From a virus (lineage: Duplodnaviria > Caudoviricetes): a DNA stretch of 41,807 nucleotides. The stretch's first letter is position 1. Each line of letters starts with the position of its first letter. Under the pieces are notes generated by a model. It did no database searches. It worked only from the letters and a program-made list of their open reading frames with translations, and was not told the DNA's origin. Location of the stretch: IMG/VR virus record IMGVR_UViG_3300045837_000015, positions 1-41,807 of that record. One strand, 5' to 3'. The position numbers and the translations under genes are program-made. This document shows, in pieces, positions 8,582 through 15,194 of the stretch.

Positions 8582-8838
8582 GCGGCGTCTCCTCTGAGTT
8601 TGCGTCGTTCCCGTTCAGACATGCCGCCCCACACCCCGAAACGCTCGTTGTAGGTCAGGGCATAGTGCAGGCATTCTCTGCGGACGGGGCAGCCTTTGCA
8701 CACGTCTTTGGCGGCTTTGGCGTTGCCGGTGTCTTTTTCGGGGAAGAATAGTTCGGGGTCGACTTGTGTGCAGATGGCGTCGTTGCGCCATTCGCCGGCG
8801 GTGGGGAATGTTTGTCGGGTTCCTGGGACGCCGGTCAT
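8578..8838 (-). CDS. whiB: WhiB family transcription factor
   Basis: W...AIC.QVDPELFFP...AK..C..CPVRREC...GVWGG.SERERR; start taken at ATG 8838. Confidence 0.95.
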   Translation of the reverse strand: MTGVPGTRQTFPTAGEWRNDAICTQVDPELFFPEKDTGNAKAAKDVCKGCPVRRECLHYALTYNERFGVWGGMSERERRKLRGDAA

Positions 8839-9020
8839 GCTGGTTCCTCGGAGTTGGGGCAAGTCAGACTGTGATGCGCCTTAGTGTTCGTTTCCGCCAA
8901 TCCATCCGGCCAACTGTTCACTGTCATCGTGTTGTCGGCGCGATGCTGTTCACAACGACGACAGGGACAGCTCGGCGTGTACCGCCAGTCGCCAGTCCCG
9001 CAGCTATCGCTATCTCTCAT
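8835..9020 (-). CDS. Hypothetical Cys-rich protein (61 aa)
   Basis: ATGA coupling on both sides. Confidence 0.5.
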   Translation of the reverse strand: MRDSDSCGTGDWRYTPSCPCRRCEQHRADNTMTVNSWPDGLAETNTKAHHSLTCPNSEEPA

Positions 9021-9922
9021 GCTGGTTCCTCGAAGTCAAATGCTGCTTGGGTGAGTCGGGTTTTCAGGCTGAGGTCGAGGTAGTCGCGGTTGATGTCGAT
9101 GCCGATGTATTTGCGGCCGCATCGTTGGGCTGCGGCGCCGGTTGTGCCTGAGCCGCTGAAGGGGTCGAACACGGTGCCGCCTGGTTTGCAGCCGGCTTGT
9201 ATGCAGCGTTGCGGCAACTGGATCGGGTAGACGGCGAAGTGCGCGGCGGCGAAGGGAACTGTCGGCATTGTCCACACATCGCCGGGATTACGTCCTTCGG
9301 TCTTATAGACGCCGGTCATAAAGACGCTTGATTCTTTGGCGCCCGTCCATTTGGCGGTCTTGGTTCTGTTGCAACCGGCATTAGCGGCGGCGCCGTCTTT
9401 GTTGTGTCCGTGTGTGCGTTCTTCCCGTATTGGGTCCAAATCGAACCAGTACCGCCGCGACTTGGAGAACATGAAGATGTGTTCGTAGCGGCTGCTGAGT
9501 CGGTCGGTGACTGATTCGGGCATGGTGTTGGGTTTGTGCCAGATGATGGCGTTGCGGAGTATCCAGCCGTCGTTTTGGAGGGCGAACGCGACGCGCCACG
9601 GCACACCGATTAAGTTCTTATCTGGCACACCGCCGCCACTGCCTTTGATCTTGCTGCTATAGCTGTCACCGAGGTTGAGCCACAACGTGCCATCACCAGC
9701 CAGCACCCGCCGCAGCCCGGCGAACAGTCCGCGCAGCCGCTCCACATACTCGGCCGGCGATGACTCCAACCCGTACTGGCCGTCAATCCCGTAGTCCCGC
9801 AACCCGAAATACGGTGGGCTGGTGACGATGCAATCCACGCCGCCGCTAGGCAACTGGCGTGCGACGTCGAGGGCGTCGCCGTGGTACAGCGTCACCTGAT
9901 CATCACTGAAATAGGGTTTCAC
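9017..9922 (-). CDS. DNA methyltransferase, N6/N4 family (beta-class motif order; SPPY suggests N4-cytosine)
   Basis: TSPPY catalytic motif N-terminal, DPFSGSGTT SAM-binding motif C-terminal, HFAVYP. Confidence 0.92.
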   Translation of the reverse strand: MKPYFSDDQVTLYHGDALDVARQLPSGGVDCIVTSPPYFGLRDYGIDGQYGLESSPAEYVERLRGLFAGLRRVLAGDGTLWLNLGDSYSSKIKGSGGGVPDKNLIGVPWRVAFALQNDGWILRNAIIWHKPNTMPESVTDRLSSRYEHIFMFSKSRRYWFDLDPIREERTHGHNKDGAAANAGCNRTKTAKWTGAKESSVFMTGVYKTEGRNPGDVWTMPTVPFAAAHFAVYPIQLPQRCIQAGCKPGGTVFDPFSGSGTTGAAAQRCGRKYIGIDINRDYLDLSLKTRLTQAAFDFEEPA

Positions 9923-10119
9923 CCTTGCGCCTCTTCGGGTTTGACTGCGCGTAGCTGGCTGCCGTGTTTTTGTTGCATGGCTGCTGCGGTTTTGATGGCG
10001 GTTTGGATGTTGTTGCGGGTTTGGGTGAAGCGCCGGGTGACTAGGACGGCTTTGACACCGATGGTGAGCAGCAACAGTAGTGAGAGGCTGGAGATGATGA
10101 GGTTCGCTAGTTCCATCAC
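9919..10119 (-). CDS. Small membrane protein (66 aa)
   Basis: N-terminal hydrophobic helix; coupled to neighbours. Confidence 0.65.
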   Translation of the reverse strand: MMELANLIISSLSLLLLLTIGVKAVLVTRRFTQTRNNIQTAIKTAAAMQQKHGSQLRAVKPEEAQG

Positions 10120-10325
10120 TGCTCCTCGTATGCGCGGATAGCTACACCAGGATCGCGAATCTCGATGTCTTGCATGGCTTCGGCATCCCTACGCGCCCAT
10201 ACGGTTTCTCGTCTGCGCCGCATGCGTTCGCGGCGTTCATGTTTGACCACCATGACGGCCATGAAGATGACGAGCGAGATGACTGCGGTGGCCATCGCGA
10301 TCATGCTGTAATCGAAGACGGTCAT
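10116..10325 (-). CDS. Small membrane protein (69 aa, MTVFDYSM...)
   Basis: TM helix then Arg-rich stretch; ATGA overlap. Confidence 0.65.
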   Translation of the reverse strand: MTVFDYSMIAMATAVISLVIFMAVMVVKHERRERMRRRRETVWARRDAEAMQDIEIRDPGVAIRAYEEQ

Positions 10326-10522
10326 TCCCAGTGCCCGAACACTGCTTTGCGCGCCGCCGGCGACAGTTCCGACATGAGTTGGTTTTCGATGCTGTCGCCG
10401 CTGGTGGTGATGTGATGCATCGTGCCGGTTTCCAGCAGGAAGTCGGCCAGTCCGCGGAGGTAGGCGAGGTCGGCGCGGAACTCGTCTTCCTCGGAAAGCA
10501 TTTGCCGTTCGGTCGTTGTCAT
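10322..10522 (-). CDS. Hypothetical protein (66 aa)
   Basis: GGAGG RBS; ATGA overlaps. Confidence 0.65.
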   Translation of the reverse strand: MTTTERQMLSEEDEFRADLAYLRGLADFLLETGTMHHITTSGDSIENQLMSELSPAARKAVFGHWE

Positions 10523-10908
10523 TTCGCCTCCAGTTGGTTGAGTTGTTTTGCAACGTGGTTCGCCCAGTGCCGCAGCTGGTAGAAGTCGTCACCGCAAGTA
10601 CATATAAGCCAGCTGTCGTCGGGATCTGGCCAGTAAGGACTGTGCGCAAGGATGACGTCCGCCGGGGTGACTGCTGGTGGTTTGGAGTGGCCCGCGCCTG
10701 CGGGGGGGTGGGGGGGCTGGCGCGGGCCGTCCCCGGCGGCGGGCGGAAAGGAGTAAGACTCCGCGGCCGGGGAAGACTCGAAGTCCCAATCGATTTGATC
10801 AGTTAACGGGCGGAAGAAGTTTTCGACAGCGCAGCCGAGCCGGTCAGCGCGACGCGCCAACCATGTCTGTACTTCGTTGGTGACGGTTTTGATGACGGGT
10901 GGGATCAT
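10519..10908 (-). CDS. Hypothetical protein (129 aa, MIPPVIKT...)
   Basis: GGAGG RBS; C-terminal H...CTCG...H..H motif. Confidence 0.6.
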   Translation of the reverse strand: MIPPVIKTVTNEVQTWLARRADRLGCAVENFFRPLTDQIDWDFESSPAAESYSFPPAAGDGPRQPPHPPAGAGHSKPPAVTPADVILAHSPYWPDPDDSWLICTCGDDFYQLRHWANHVAKQLNQLEAK

Positions 10909-12215
10909 GCTGCTACCTCCGCGATGTGCAGGAGCCAGTGCAGTGCTGCGGTGGCTTGTTGTGGGACTACGCCGTTGCCGATGATGCGTAGGGCGTCGTT
11001 GCGGCTGATGCCTGGCACGGCGGTGACCCAGCCTTGCGGCCAGCCCATCATCCATTCGCTGAATGCGGCTGCTAGGCGCGGGTTTCCGTTTTTATTGGGT
11101 TCGGTGGGTGCGGGTGCGGGGCGGGTGGCTGCTTCCCAGCGGCGTATCGCAGGCTCGTACTTGCCCCACTGTGGCGAGTCATGCAGCAGCGCGAAGTCGA
11201 TGAGCTGGCGTGAATGTCCTTCACGGTTATCGGGGTGGGCGCCGCCGCCTGTTGAGTCGCTAGCTGCTGGTGTCGGCAGGTAGTGGTCAACTGCAGCGAG
11301 GGAAGGTGTGTGCCTGTTGTAGTCGCCTTCGCAGGCTTGTCGGCTGTCGCGGGACAGCGGCGTCGGCAGCAAGTGGCAGCCGCGGCCACGGTCATGGCCA
11401 GCGTCCGCATCAGGTGTCGGCAGTAGGTTTACAGGTCGGTCACCGCTGACGGCAGCATCAGATCGCCGCTCAAGCCGCGCTGGTTCGGGCCGCCCTTCAT
11501 GCCGTCCGTCGCCCGAGGAGTCGGCAGCATCGCCGCCACATGCGGGACGTCCGCTAACGCGTTCTCGAGGTTGCACGGCTTGTGTGGCCGCAGATAGATG
11601 TTGCTGTTCCGCGTTTCCTGCTGGGCCGCTCTCGGTGTCGGCAGCAGGTTGGCGATCTGGCGCTCCAGGTAGTTCTCGTTGTATTCCCCTGACGGGCGCC
11701 GCCGCGCCGTTGGGCCGCCCTGGTGCGCCTGCGGTGTCCCCAGCAAGGACGAAGACTCGCTCCCGCCGGTGTGGCGCCCCGACATCTGAAGCTCGTAGGC
11801 TGCACCATTGCGTGTCATACCGCATGCCGGCCAGGTCTGCGAGTACTCGATCGAACCCCAGAATCCGATGTCCGGCCACATTTTCCAGGACGACGTATCG
11901 GGGTCGTAGATGGCGAATTGCGTCCGCGAAGTAGGGCCATAGGTGGCGTTCATCGTCTGTTCCTTTGCGTTGCCCCGCTGCGGAGAATGGCTGGCACGGG
12001 TAGCCGCCGCACAGGACATCCACTGCGGCGACGGTTGTCTCCCAGTAGCGGACGGCGGTGATGTCACCGATGTTGGGTGCGTAGGGCCAGTGGTGTGCGA
12101 GGACTCTGCTTGCGGCCGGGTCGTTTTCGCAGTGCCACACCACCTGGCCGCCGAACACGTGCTCGACGGCGAGGTCGAGGCCACCAGCACCGGAGAACAG
12201 CGAACCGATCCTCAT
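10905..12215 (-). CDS. C5-cytosine DNA methyltransferase
   Basis: SLFSGAGG (I), GGYPCQPFS (IV), ENV (VI), HRRER (VIII), EWMMGWPQGW (IX), IGNGVVP (X); start ATG 12215. Confidence 0.92.
   Translation of the reverse strand: MRIGSLFSGAGGLDLAVEHVFGGQVVWHCENDPAASRVLAHHWPYAPNIGDITAVRYWETTVAAVDVLCGGYPCQPFSAAGQRKGTDDERHLWPYFADAIRHLRPRYVVLENVAGHRILGFDRVLADLAGMRYDTQWCSLRASDVGAPHRRERVFVLAGDTAGAPGRPNGAAAPVRGIQRELPGAPDRQPAADTESGPAGNAEQQHLSAATQAVQPRERVSGRPACGGDAADSSGDGRHEGRPEPARLERRSDAAVSGDRPVNLLPTPDADAGHDRGRGCHLLPTPLSRDSRQACEGDYNRHTPSLAAVDHYLPTPAASDSTGGGAHPDNREGHSRQLIDFALLHDSPQWGKYEPAIRRWEAATRPAPAPTEPNKNGNPRLAAAFSEWMMGWPQGWVTAVPGISRNDALRIIGNGVVPQQATAALHWLLHIAEVAA
11429..11953 (-). CDS. Nested out-of-frame ORF inside the C5 MTase (beta-subunit-like, 174 aa)
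   Basis: AAAGGA RBS and ATG at 11953; MNATYGPTS...WPACGMTRNG...LLPTPRA repeats. Confidence 0.65.
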   Translation of the reverse strand: MNATYGPTSRTQFAIYDPDTSSWKMWPDIGFWGSIEYSQTWPACGMTRNGAAYELQMSGRHTGGSESSSLLGTPQAHQGGPTARRRPSGEYNENYLERQIANLLPTPRAAQQETRNSNIYLRPHKPCNLENALADVPHVAAMLPTPRATDGMKGGPNQRGLSGDLMLPSAVTDL

Positions 12216-12349
12216 TGCTTGTCCTCCCGGCGTTGTTGTGCATGCTGGCGTCCGCGTCGGCAGCGTGGACACTTCCCAACGCTGTCGAAGCGGCATGAGT
12301 CGTGGCCGCATCGGCGCCACTGATCAATCAGCTTGTCCAACACAGTCAT
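12212..12349 (-). CDS. Small Cys-rich protein (45 aa, MTVLDKLI...)
   Basis: CGHDSC...CPRC; ATGA overlaps on both sides. Confidence 0.55.
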   Translation of the reverse strand: MTVLDKLIDQWRRCGHDSCRFDSVGKCPRCRRGRQHAQQRREDKQ

Positions 12350-12558
12350 GCGGCTGGTGTTTCGCCGTCGGGGTTCGGGGAGCTGCGGTTGTGCAGCCAG
12401 CGCGCGAGTTCGCGTGGTTCGATCAGGTAGGCGCCGGTGGTGCCGCCGAGTTTGTGGGCTTTGAGGTCGCCGCGGCGGATGGCGGCCTGGATGGTGCGTT
12501 TGGGGATGTTGTGTGTTTTGGATGCCTCGGCCACGGTGATGGGCGGGGTGTTTGGCAT
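12346..12558 (-). CDS. Cro/excisionase-like winged HTH protein, probably leaderless
   Basis: ITVAEAS....IPKRTIQAAIRRGDLKAHK...YLI pattern; first gene of the leftward early operon. Confidence 0.8.
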   Translation of the reverse strand: MPNTPPITVAEASKTHNIPKRTIQAAIRRGDLKAHKLGGTTGAYLIEPRELARWLHNRSSPNPDGETPAA

Positions 12559-12564
12559 ACGCAC

Positions 12565-12594
12565 AACCTAGACGCGGATGGCGTAGTTGCGCAA
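12565..12594 (-). promoter_or_regulatory. SigA-type promoter for the leftward early operon
   Basis: TTGCGC-18 bp-TAGGTT, then 6 nt to ATG 12558 (leaderless spacing). Confidence 0.65.
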
Positions 12595-12644
12595 GCACCA
12601 AAGTGGGGTGTTTTATAGATCAGGTCATCTGTTGCGTAGATGCG
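12581..12644. promoter_or_regulatory. Pair of candidate operator sites GCGTAG(T/A)TGCG
   Basis: GCGTAGTTGCG at 12581-12591 overlapping the -35, and GCGTAGATGCG at 12634-12644. Confidence 0.5.
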
Positions 12645-12667
12645 GCTAAGGGTCGACCTATGAGCTA

Positions 12668-12698
12668 AAGCCTGTAATCACCTTCGGTTCCCGGCCAG
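12668..12698 (+). repeat. Cassette repeat copy 1 (31 bp)
   Basis: AAGCCTGTAATCACCTTCGGTTCCCGGCCAG, identical to 12896-12926. Confidence 0.95.
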
Positions 12699-12717
12699 AT
12701 GAGGAAAAGAGGATCGC

Positions 12718-12894
12718 ATGACCCGAGTAACTGACCTGACGGCTGCGGTGCGCGCTGATTTACACCGCATCCTAGAAGTGTGTGATGAGGTGTTTCTTTC
12801 TGGTCATCCAGAACTGAGTTCACAAATCGCTGAGATTGTGGACCGGGTTAATAGGCAGGTCGAAGAGTTGTCGTACCTGGCAGCAGGCGACTGA
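12718..12894 (+). CDS. Small helical protein (58 aa; not in ORF track)
   Basis: GAGGA RBS; MTRVTDLTAAVRADLHRILEVCDEVFLSGHPELSSQIAEIVDRVNRQVEELSYLAAGD; stop lies 1 nt before repeat copy 2. Confidence 0.75.
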   Translation: MTRVTDLTAAVRADLHRILEVCDEVFLSGHPELSSQIAEIVDRVNRQVEELSYLAAGD

Positions 12895-12895
12895 C

Positions 12896-12926
12896 AAGCC
12901 TGTAATCACCTTCGGTTCCCGGCCAG
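12896..12926 (+). repeat. Cassette repeat copy 2 (31 bp)
   Basis: Exact copy of 12668-12698. Confidence 0.95.
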
Positions 12927-12941
12927 CGGCATAGGAGAATA

Positions 12942-13121
12942 ATGGCTGAAAGCCTGACCAATATTTGTGTATGCGGACACAGCAGGTATCAGCACCTAAC
13001 TTCACGCGGGGTGCCGACAGACTGCTCTGGCCGATGCTTGTGTGAGATATGCCCCGATGACACCGAGAACGACTGCTGGTGCGCGGGTTTCAAAGAAGTA
13101 GACGAACCGACAAGCCTGTAA
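12942..13121 (+). CDS. Small Cys-rich protein (59 aa; not in ORF track)
   Basis: AGGAG RBS; MAESLTNICVCGHSRYQHLTSRGVPTDCSGRCLCEICPDDTENDCWCAGFKEVDEPTSL; TAA lies inside repeat copy 3. Confidence 0.75.
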   Translation: MAESLTNICVCGHSRYQHLTSRGVPTDCSGRCLCEICPDDTENDCWCAGFKEVDEPTSL

Positions 13122-13138
13122 TCTTATGGTTACTGGCC
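13112..13138 (+). repeat. Cassette repeat copy 3 (diverged, more strongly palindromic)
   Basis: AAGCCTGTAATC-TTAT-GGTTACTGGCC. Confidence 0.8.
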
Positions 13139-13155
13139 TAGCAAAAGGAGAGCCT

Positions 13156-13353
13156 ATGTCGCTAACCGATGCCGAGATGTCGCGCCTTATTGGTCGCAGA
13201 ACGGCAATGGCTGAGCTTGAGTATGCACTAGAAGATTTCCGCACCGCTCAGGGTGGCAGAAGTATCGATGCACGGCTCAGTGCTGGCAACAACGTGGCGA
13301 AGATGGCCGGCAATCTCCTCGCCGTGCTGCGCGGTGAGGCCGATCCGACGTAA
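13156..13353 (+). CDS. Small helical protein (65 aa, MSLTDAEM...)
   Basis: AAAAGGAG RBS before ATG 13156. Confidence 0.75.
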   Translation: MSLTDAEMSRLIGRRTAMAELEYALEDFRTAQGGRSIDARLSAGNNVAKMAGNLLAVLRGEADPT

Positions 13354-13464
13354 CTCTTTTGTACCGGTTGACATGAGGGCCGCCTATGACGCATATGTAT
13401 CACATGGGGGTGGGGCGGCTCCCAACCGGGTGGGATGACGCGGTCAGCCGCTGGCTGGCGCCAT

Positions 13465-13581
13465 CTAGTCGTGGTTGAGTTGGGACCGGAACTCGGTGCA
13501 GTCGCAGAACTTGCAGTCCCAACCCTCATCGTGAACCATGCCGGCGTGCCCGCAGTCGCAGATTTCCATAGCCGATAACAT
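13465..13581 (-). CDS. Small CxCGH zinc-binding-like peptide (start near 13581 or at 13569)
   Basis: MEICDCGHAGMVHDEGWDCKFCDCTEFRS motif; start uncertain. Confidence 0.5.
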   Translation of the reverse strand: MLSAMEICDCGHAGMVHDEGWDCKFCDCTEFRSQLNHD

Positions 13582-13611
13582 GCCTTCTGTCAGCTCTGCC
13601 CAGCAACTAGG

Positions 13612-13905
13612 ATGACGCACATGCATCCAGGTGATTACATCAGCTTTGAGAAAGACGGCGCGATCCACACCGAGCGCGTCGAGTCGGTCCATTACAGCAG
13701 CGGTTCGCCAGCCATCTATAAGAGACTGAACCGCTGGCAGCAGATGGTGCGGCGATTTACGCCACGACGCTGGCGCAAGTCGCTGCTGGTGCGCGCTGCC
13801 GAGCCACCGTCAATCAGGATCAACGATCCTAACCAGAGTCCAATTGGCAAGACGCTGGCACAGCTTGAGCAGATGAAAGCCAGCATCGACCGGTTGCTGC
13901 AGTAA
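13612..13905 (+). CDS. Hypothetical protein (97 aa)
   Basis: Plus-strand ORF ending just before the hairpin; alternative start 13621. Confidence 0.6.
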   Translation: MTHMHPGDYISFEKDGAIHTERVESVHYSSGSPAIYKRLNRWQQMVRRFTPRRWRKSLLVRAAEPPSIRINDPNQSPIGKTLAQLEQMKASIDRLLQ

Positions 13906-13924
13906 CTACGCGGAACGACGAATA

Positions 13925-13970
13925 GCCCCTGGTGTGAGCTGCCATGTTCGGCCGCTCAAACACCAGGGGC
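13925..13970. terminator. Hairpin between convergent transcription units
   Basis: GCCCCTGGTG...CACCAGGGGC 10-bp inverted repeat with inner TGAGC/GCTCA stem. Confidence 0.7.
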
Positions 13971-14017
13971 AAGTCGGAAAGTCTAGCTAAAGTCAACTAA
14001 AGTCAAACTTTGACTTT
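13971..14017. repeat. Clustered AAAGTC(AA) direct and inverted repeats
   Basis: CTAAAGTCAA tandem at 13987 and 13997, AAAGTC at 13978, AAGTC at 13971, inverted TTGACTTT at 14010. Confidence 0.7.
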
Positions 14018-14302
14018 CGGTCGGATGAGGTTACGGGTGCCGCGTAACGGCCGGAACCAGATTGCATCCCAATGGAACGGGTCAACCCGGTTCGGCACCA
14101 CATGCGCAACATGCGCGGCGGTACCAAAAATAAACAGGCGCGCCAGCCAGCCGCGCAGACCGGGTGTGCTGCAATACCTGTTGGATGCTTCGGACATCAG
14201 CTCGCCGTCCTTGGCGAACAGCTCATAAACGACGATGCCGATCACCAGGACGATCCAGGCGTAGTCGGATGGTGTGAGGGTGAGCAGGATGCGCAGTCTC
14301 AT
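14003..14302 (-). CDS. Membrane protein (99 aa), typical of mycobacteriophage post-lysis genes
   Basis: AWIVLVIGIVVYE....GELMSEA..RY...H pattern; two hydrophobic segments. Confidence 0.75.
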   Translation of the reverse strand: MRLRILLTLTPSDYAWIVLVIGIVVYELFAKDGELMSEASNRYCSTPGLRGWLARLFIFGTAAHVAHVVPNRVDPFHWDAIWFRPLRGTRNLIRPKVKV

Positions 14303-14838
14303 CGGTGGTGTGGGGTGTTCTCCGTTGCTTCGGGGTTGCCGGCGTCGGGGTTGGTGACGGCCGGGGTTTCACCGGACGGCGGCGCGCTCGGACCCGGCTG
14401 GCTGTAGGGTTGGACGGTTTCGCTCCACGGGCCTGCGGGTTCGGTGTGGCCCTCGCATGCCTCGTTGGTGGGCTTCAAAGCGTCCTTCCATGCGCCGGGT
14501 GGGTTGGGCGCGGCCGCGACGGTATTGTCAGGACAACGCCATGTGCAGGATGTGCCGCCGCCGCCGAGCGCGGACAGGCCACCGAGGTTGACGCTGCCTT
14601 GAGTGAACGCGAACCCACCCAGATCGAAGCCACCGGTTTCGCAGTGCCAGTGTTGGCCCTGCGCTTCGGTGGGGAAGTCGCAGAAGGCGCCGTAGCCGCC
14701 GAGCACGTTGGCGCCGATCCCGACACCGGGATACTGGCAGGGGTAGTCGGGGCCGCCGCCGGGTTGGGCGTCGGCGGGTTCGGACAGGCACATCCATGCG
14801 ACGAGCGCGGTGATCGCGGCGAGAATCAGTTTCCGCAT
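14299..14838 (-). CDS. Secreted Cys-containing protein (179 aa)
   Basis: Signal peptide MRKLILAAITALVAWMCLSEPADA; six Cys in the mature part; AGAAAGA RBS. Confidence 0.75.
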   Translation of the reverse strand: MRKLILAAITALVAWMCLSEPADAQPGGGPDYPCQYPGVGIGANVLGGYGAFCDFPTEAQGQHWHCETGGFDLGGFAFTQGSVNLGGLSALGGGGTSCTWRCPDNTVAAAPNPPGAWKDALKPTNEACEGHTEPAGPWSETVQPYSQPGPSAPPSGETPAVTNPDAGNPEATENTPHHR

Positions 14839-14848
14839 TGTGTTCTTT

Positions 14849-15190
14849 CTAGGGTTCGTCGCCGCTTCGCACCCGGCGGATCACCCGCCGCAGCTCCGAT
14901 ACCTCGACGGTGCCCGAGTGCGCGTTCACGCACATCTCGTCGAGCGCGTCCACCAGCGCGTAGAACCGTTTTGAGAGCACGGCTAACCGTTCCTGGCAGT
15001 CTTTGGATTCCAAACCGATCCGGTTGTAGGCTTTCTCGGCTTCCTGCAGCCAGATGTCGTGGCGGGCGATCTGCTCCTGCGTTTTCCGCGCGGAGCGGGA
15101 GAACCACCACTGCAGCGCCGACACCGCGGCACCTGAGGAGAATGCGCCGGCGATAGCGGCCTCAATGAGCGAGCCGCCGGTGAACGCCAT
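14849..15190 (-). CDS. Membrane-anchored coiled-coil protein (113 aa)
   Basis: N-terminal hydrophobic segment followed by a charged helix. Confidence 0.7.
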   Translation of the reverse strand: MAFTGGSLIEAAIAGAFSSGAAVSALQWWFSRSARKTQEQIARHDIWLQEAEKAYNRIGLESKDCQERLAVLSKRFYALVDALDEMCVNAHSGTVEVSELRRVIRRVRSGDEP

Positions 15191-15194
15191 GAGG

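Noticed and set aside
10690-10745. G-run cluster as a G-quadruplex or phase-variation tract
   Set aside because: It is explained by Pro codons in the minus-strand gene, and the reading frame is intact.
12668-12698. tRNA fragment or Alu-like origin of the repeat (CTGTAATC, TTCGGTTCC)
   Set aside because: No cloverleaf can be built and there is no proper T-arm or acceptor stem. The 10-nt match to the Alu word GCCTGTAATC is too short to mean anything.
12668-13138. CRISPR array interpretation of the 31-bp repeats
   Set aside because: Spacers are about 185-200 bp and each holds an RBS plus ORF. The Cas4-like gene is paired with an annealing protein as a recombination exonuclease, and no cas operon is present.
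13368-13438. TTGACA promoter and a 21-codon ORF
   Set aside because: There is no convincing -10 at 16-18 bp spacing, and the ORF has no RBS.
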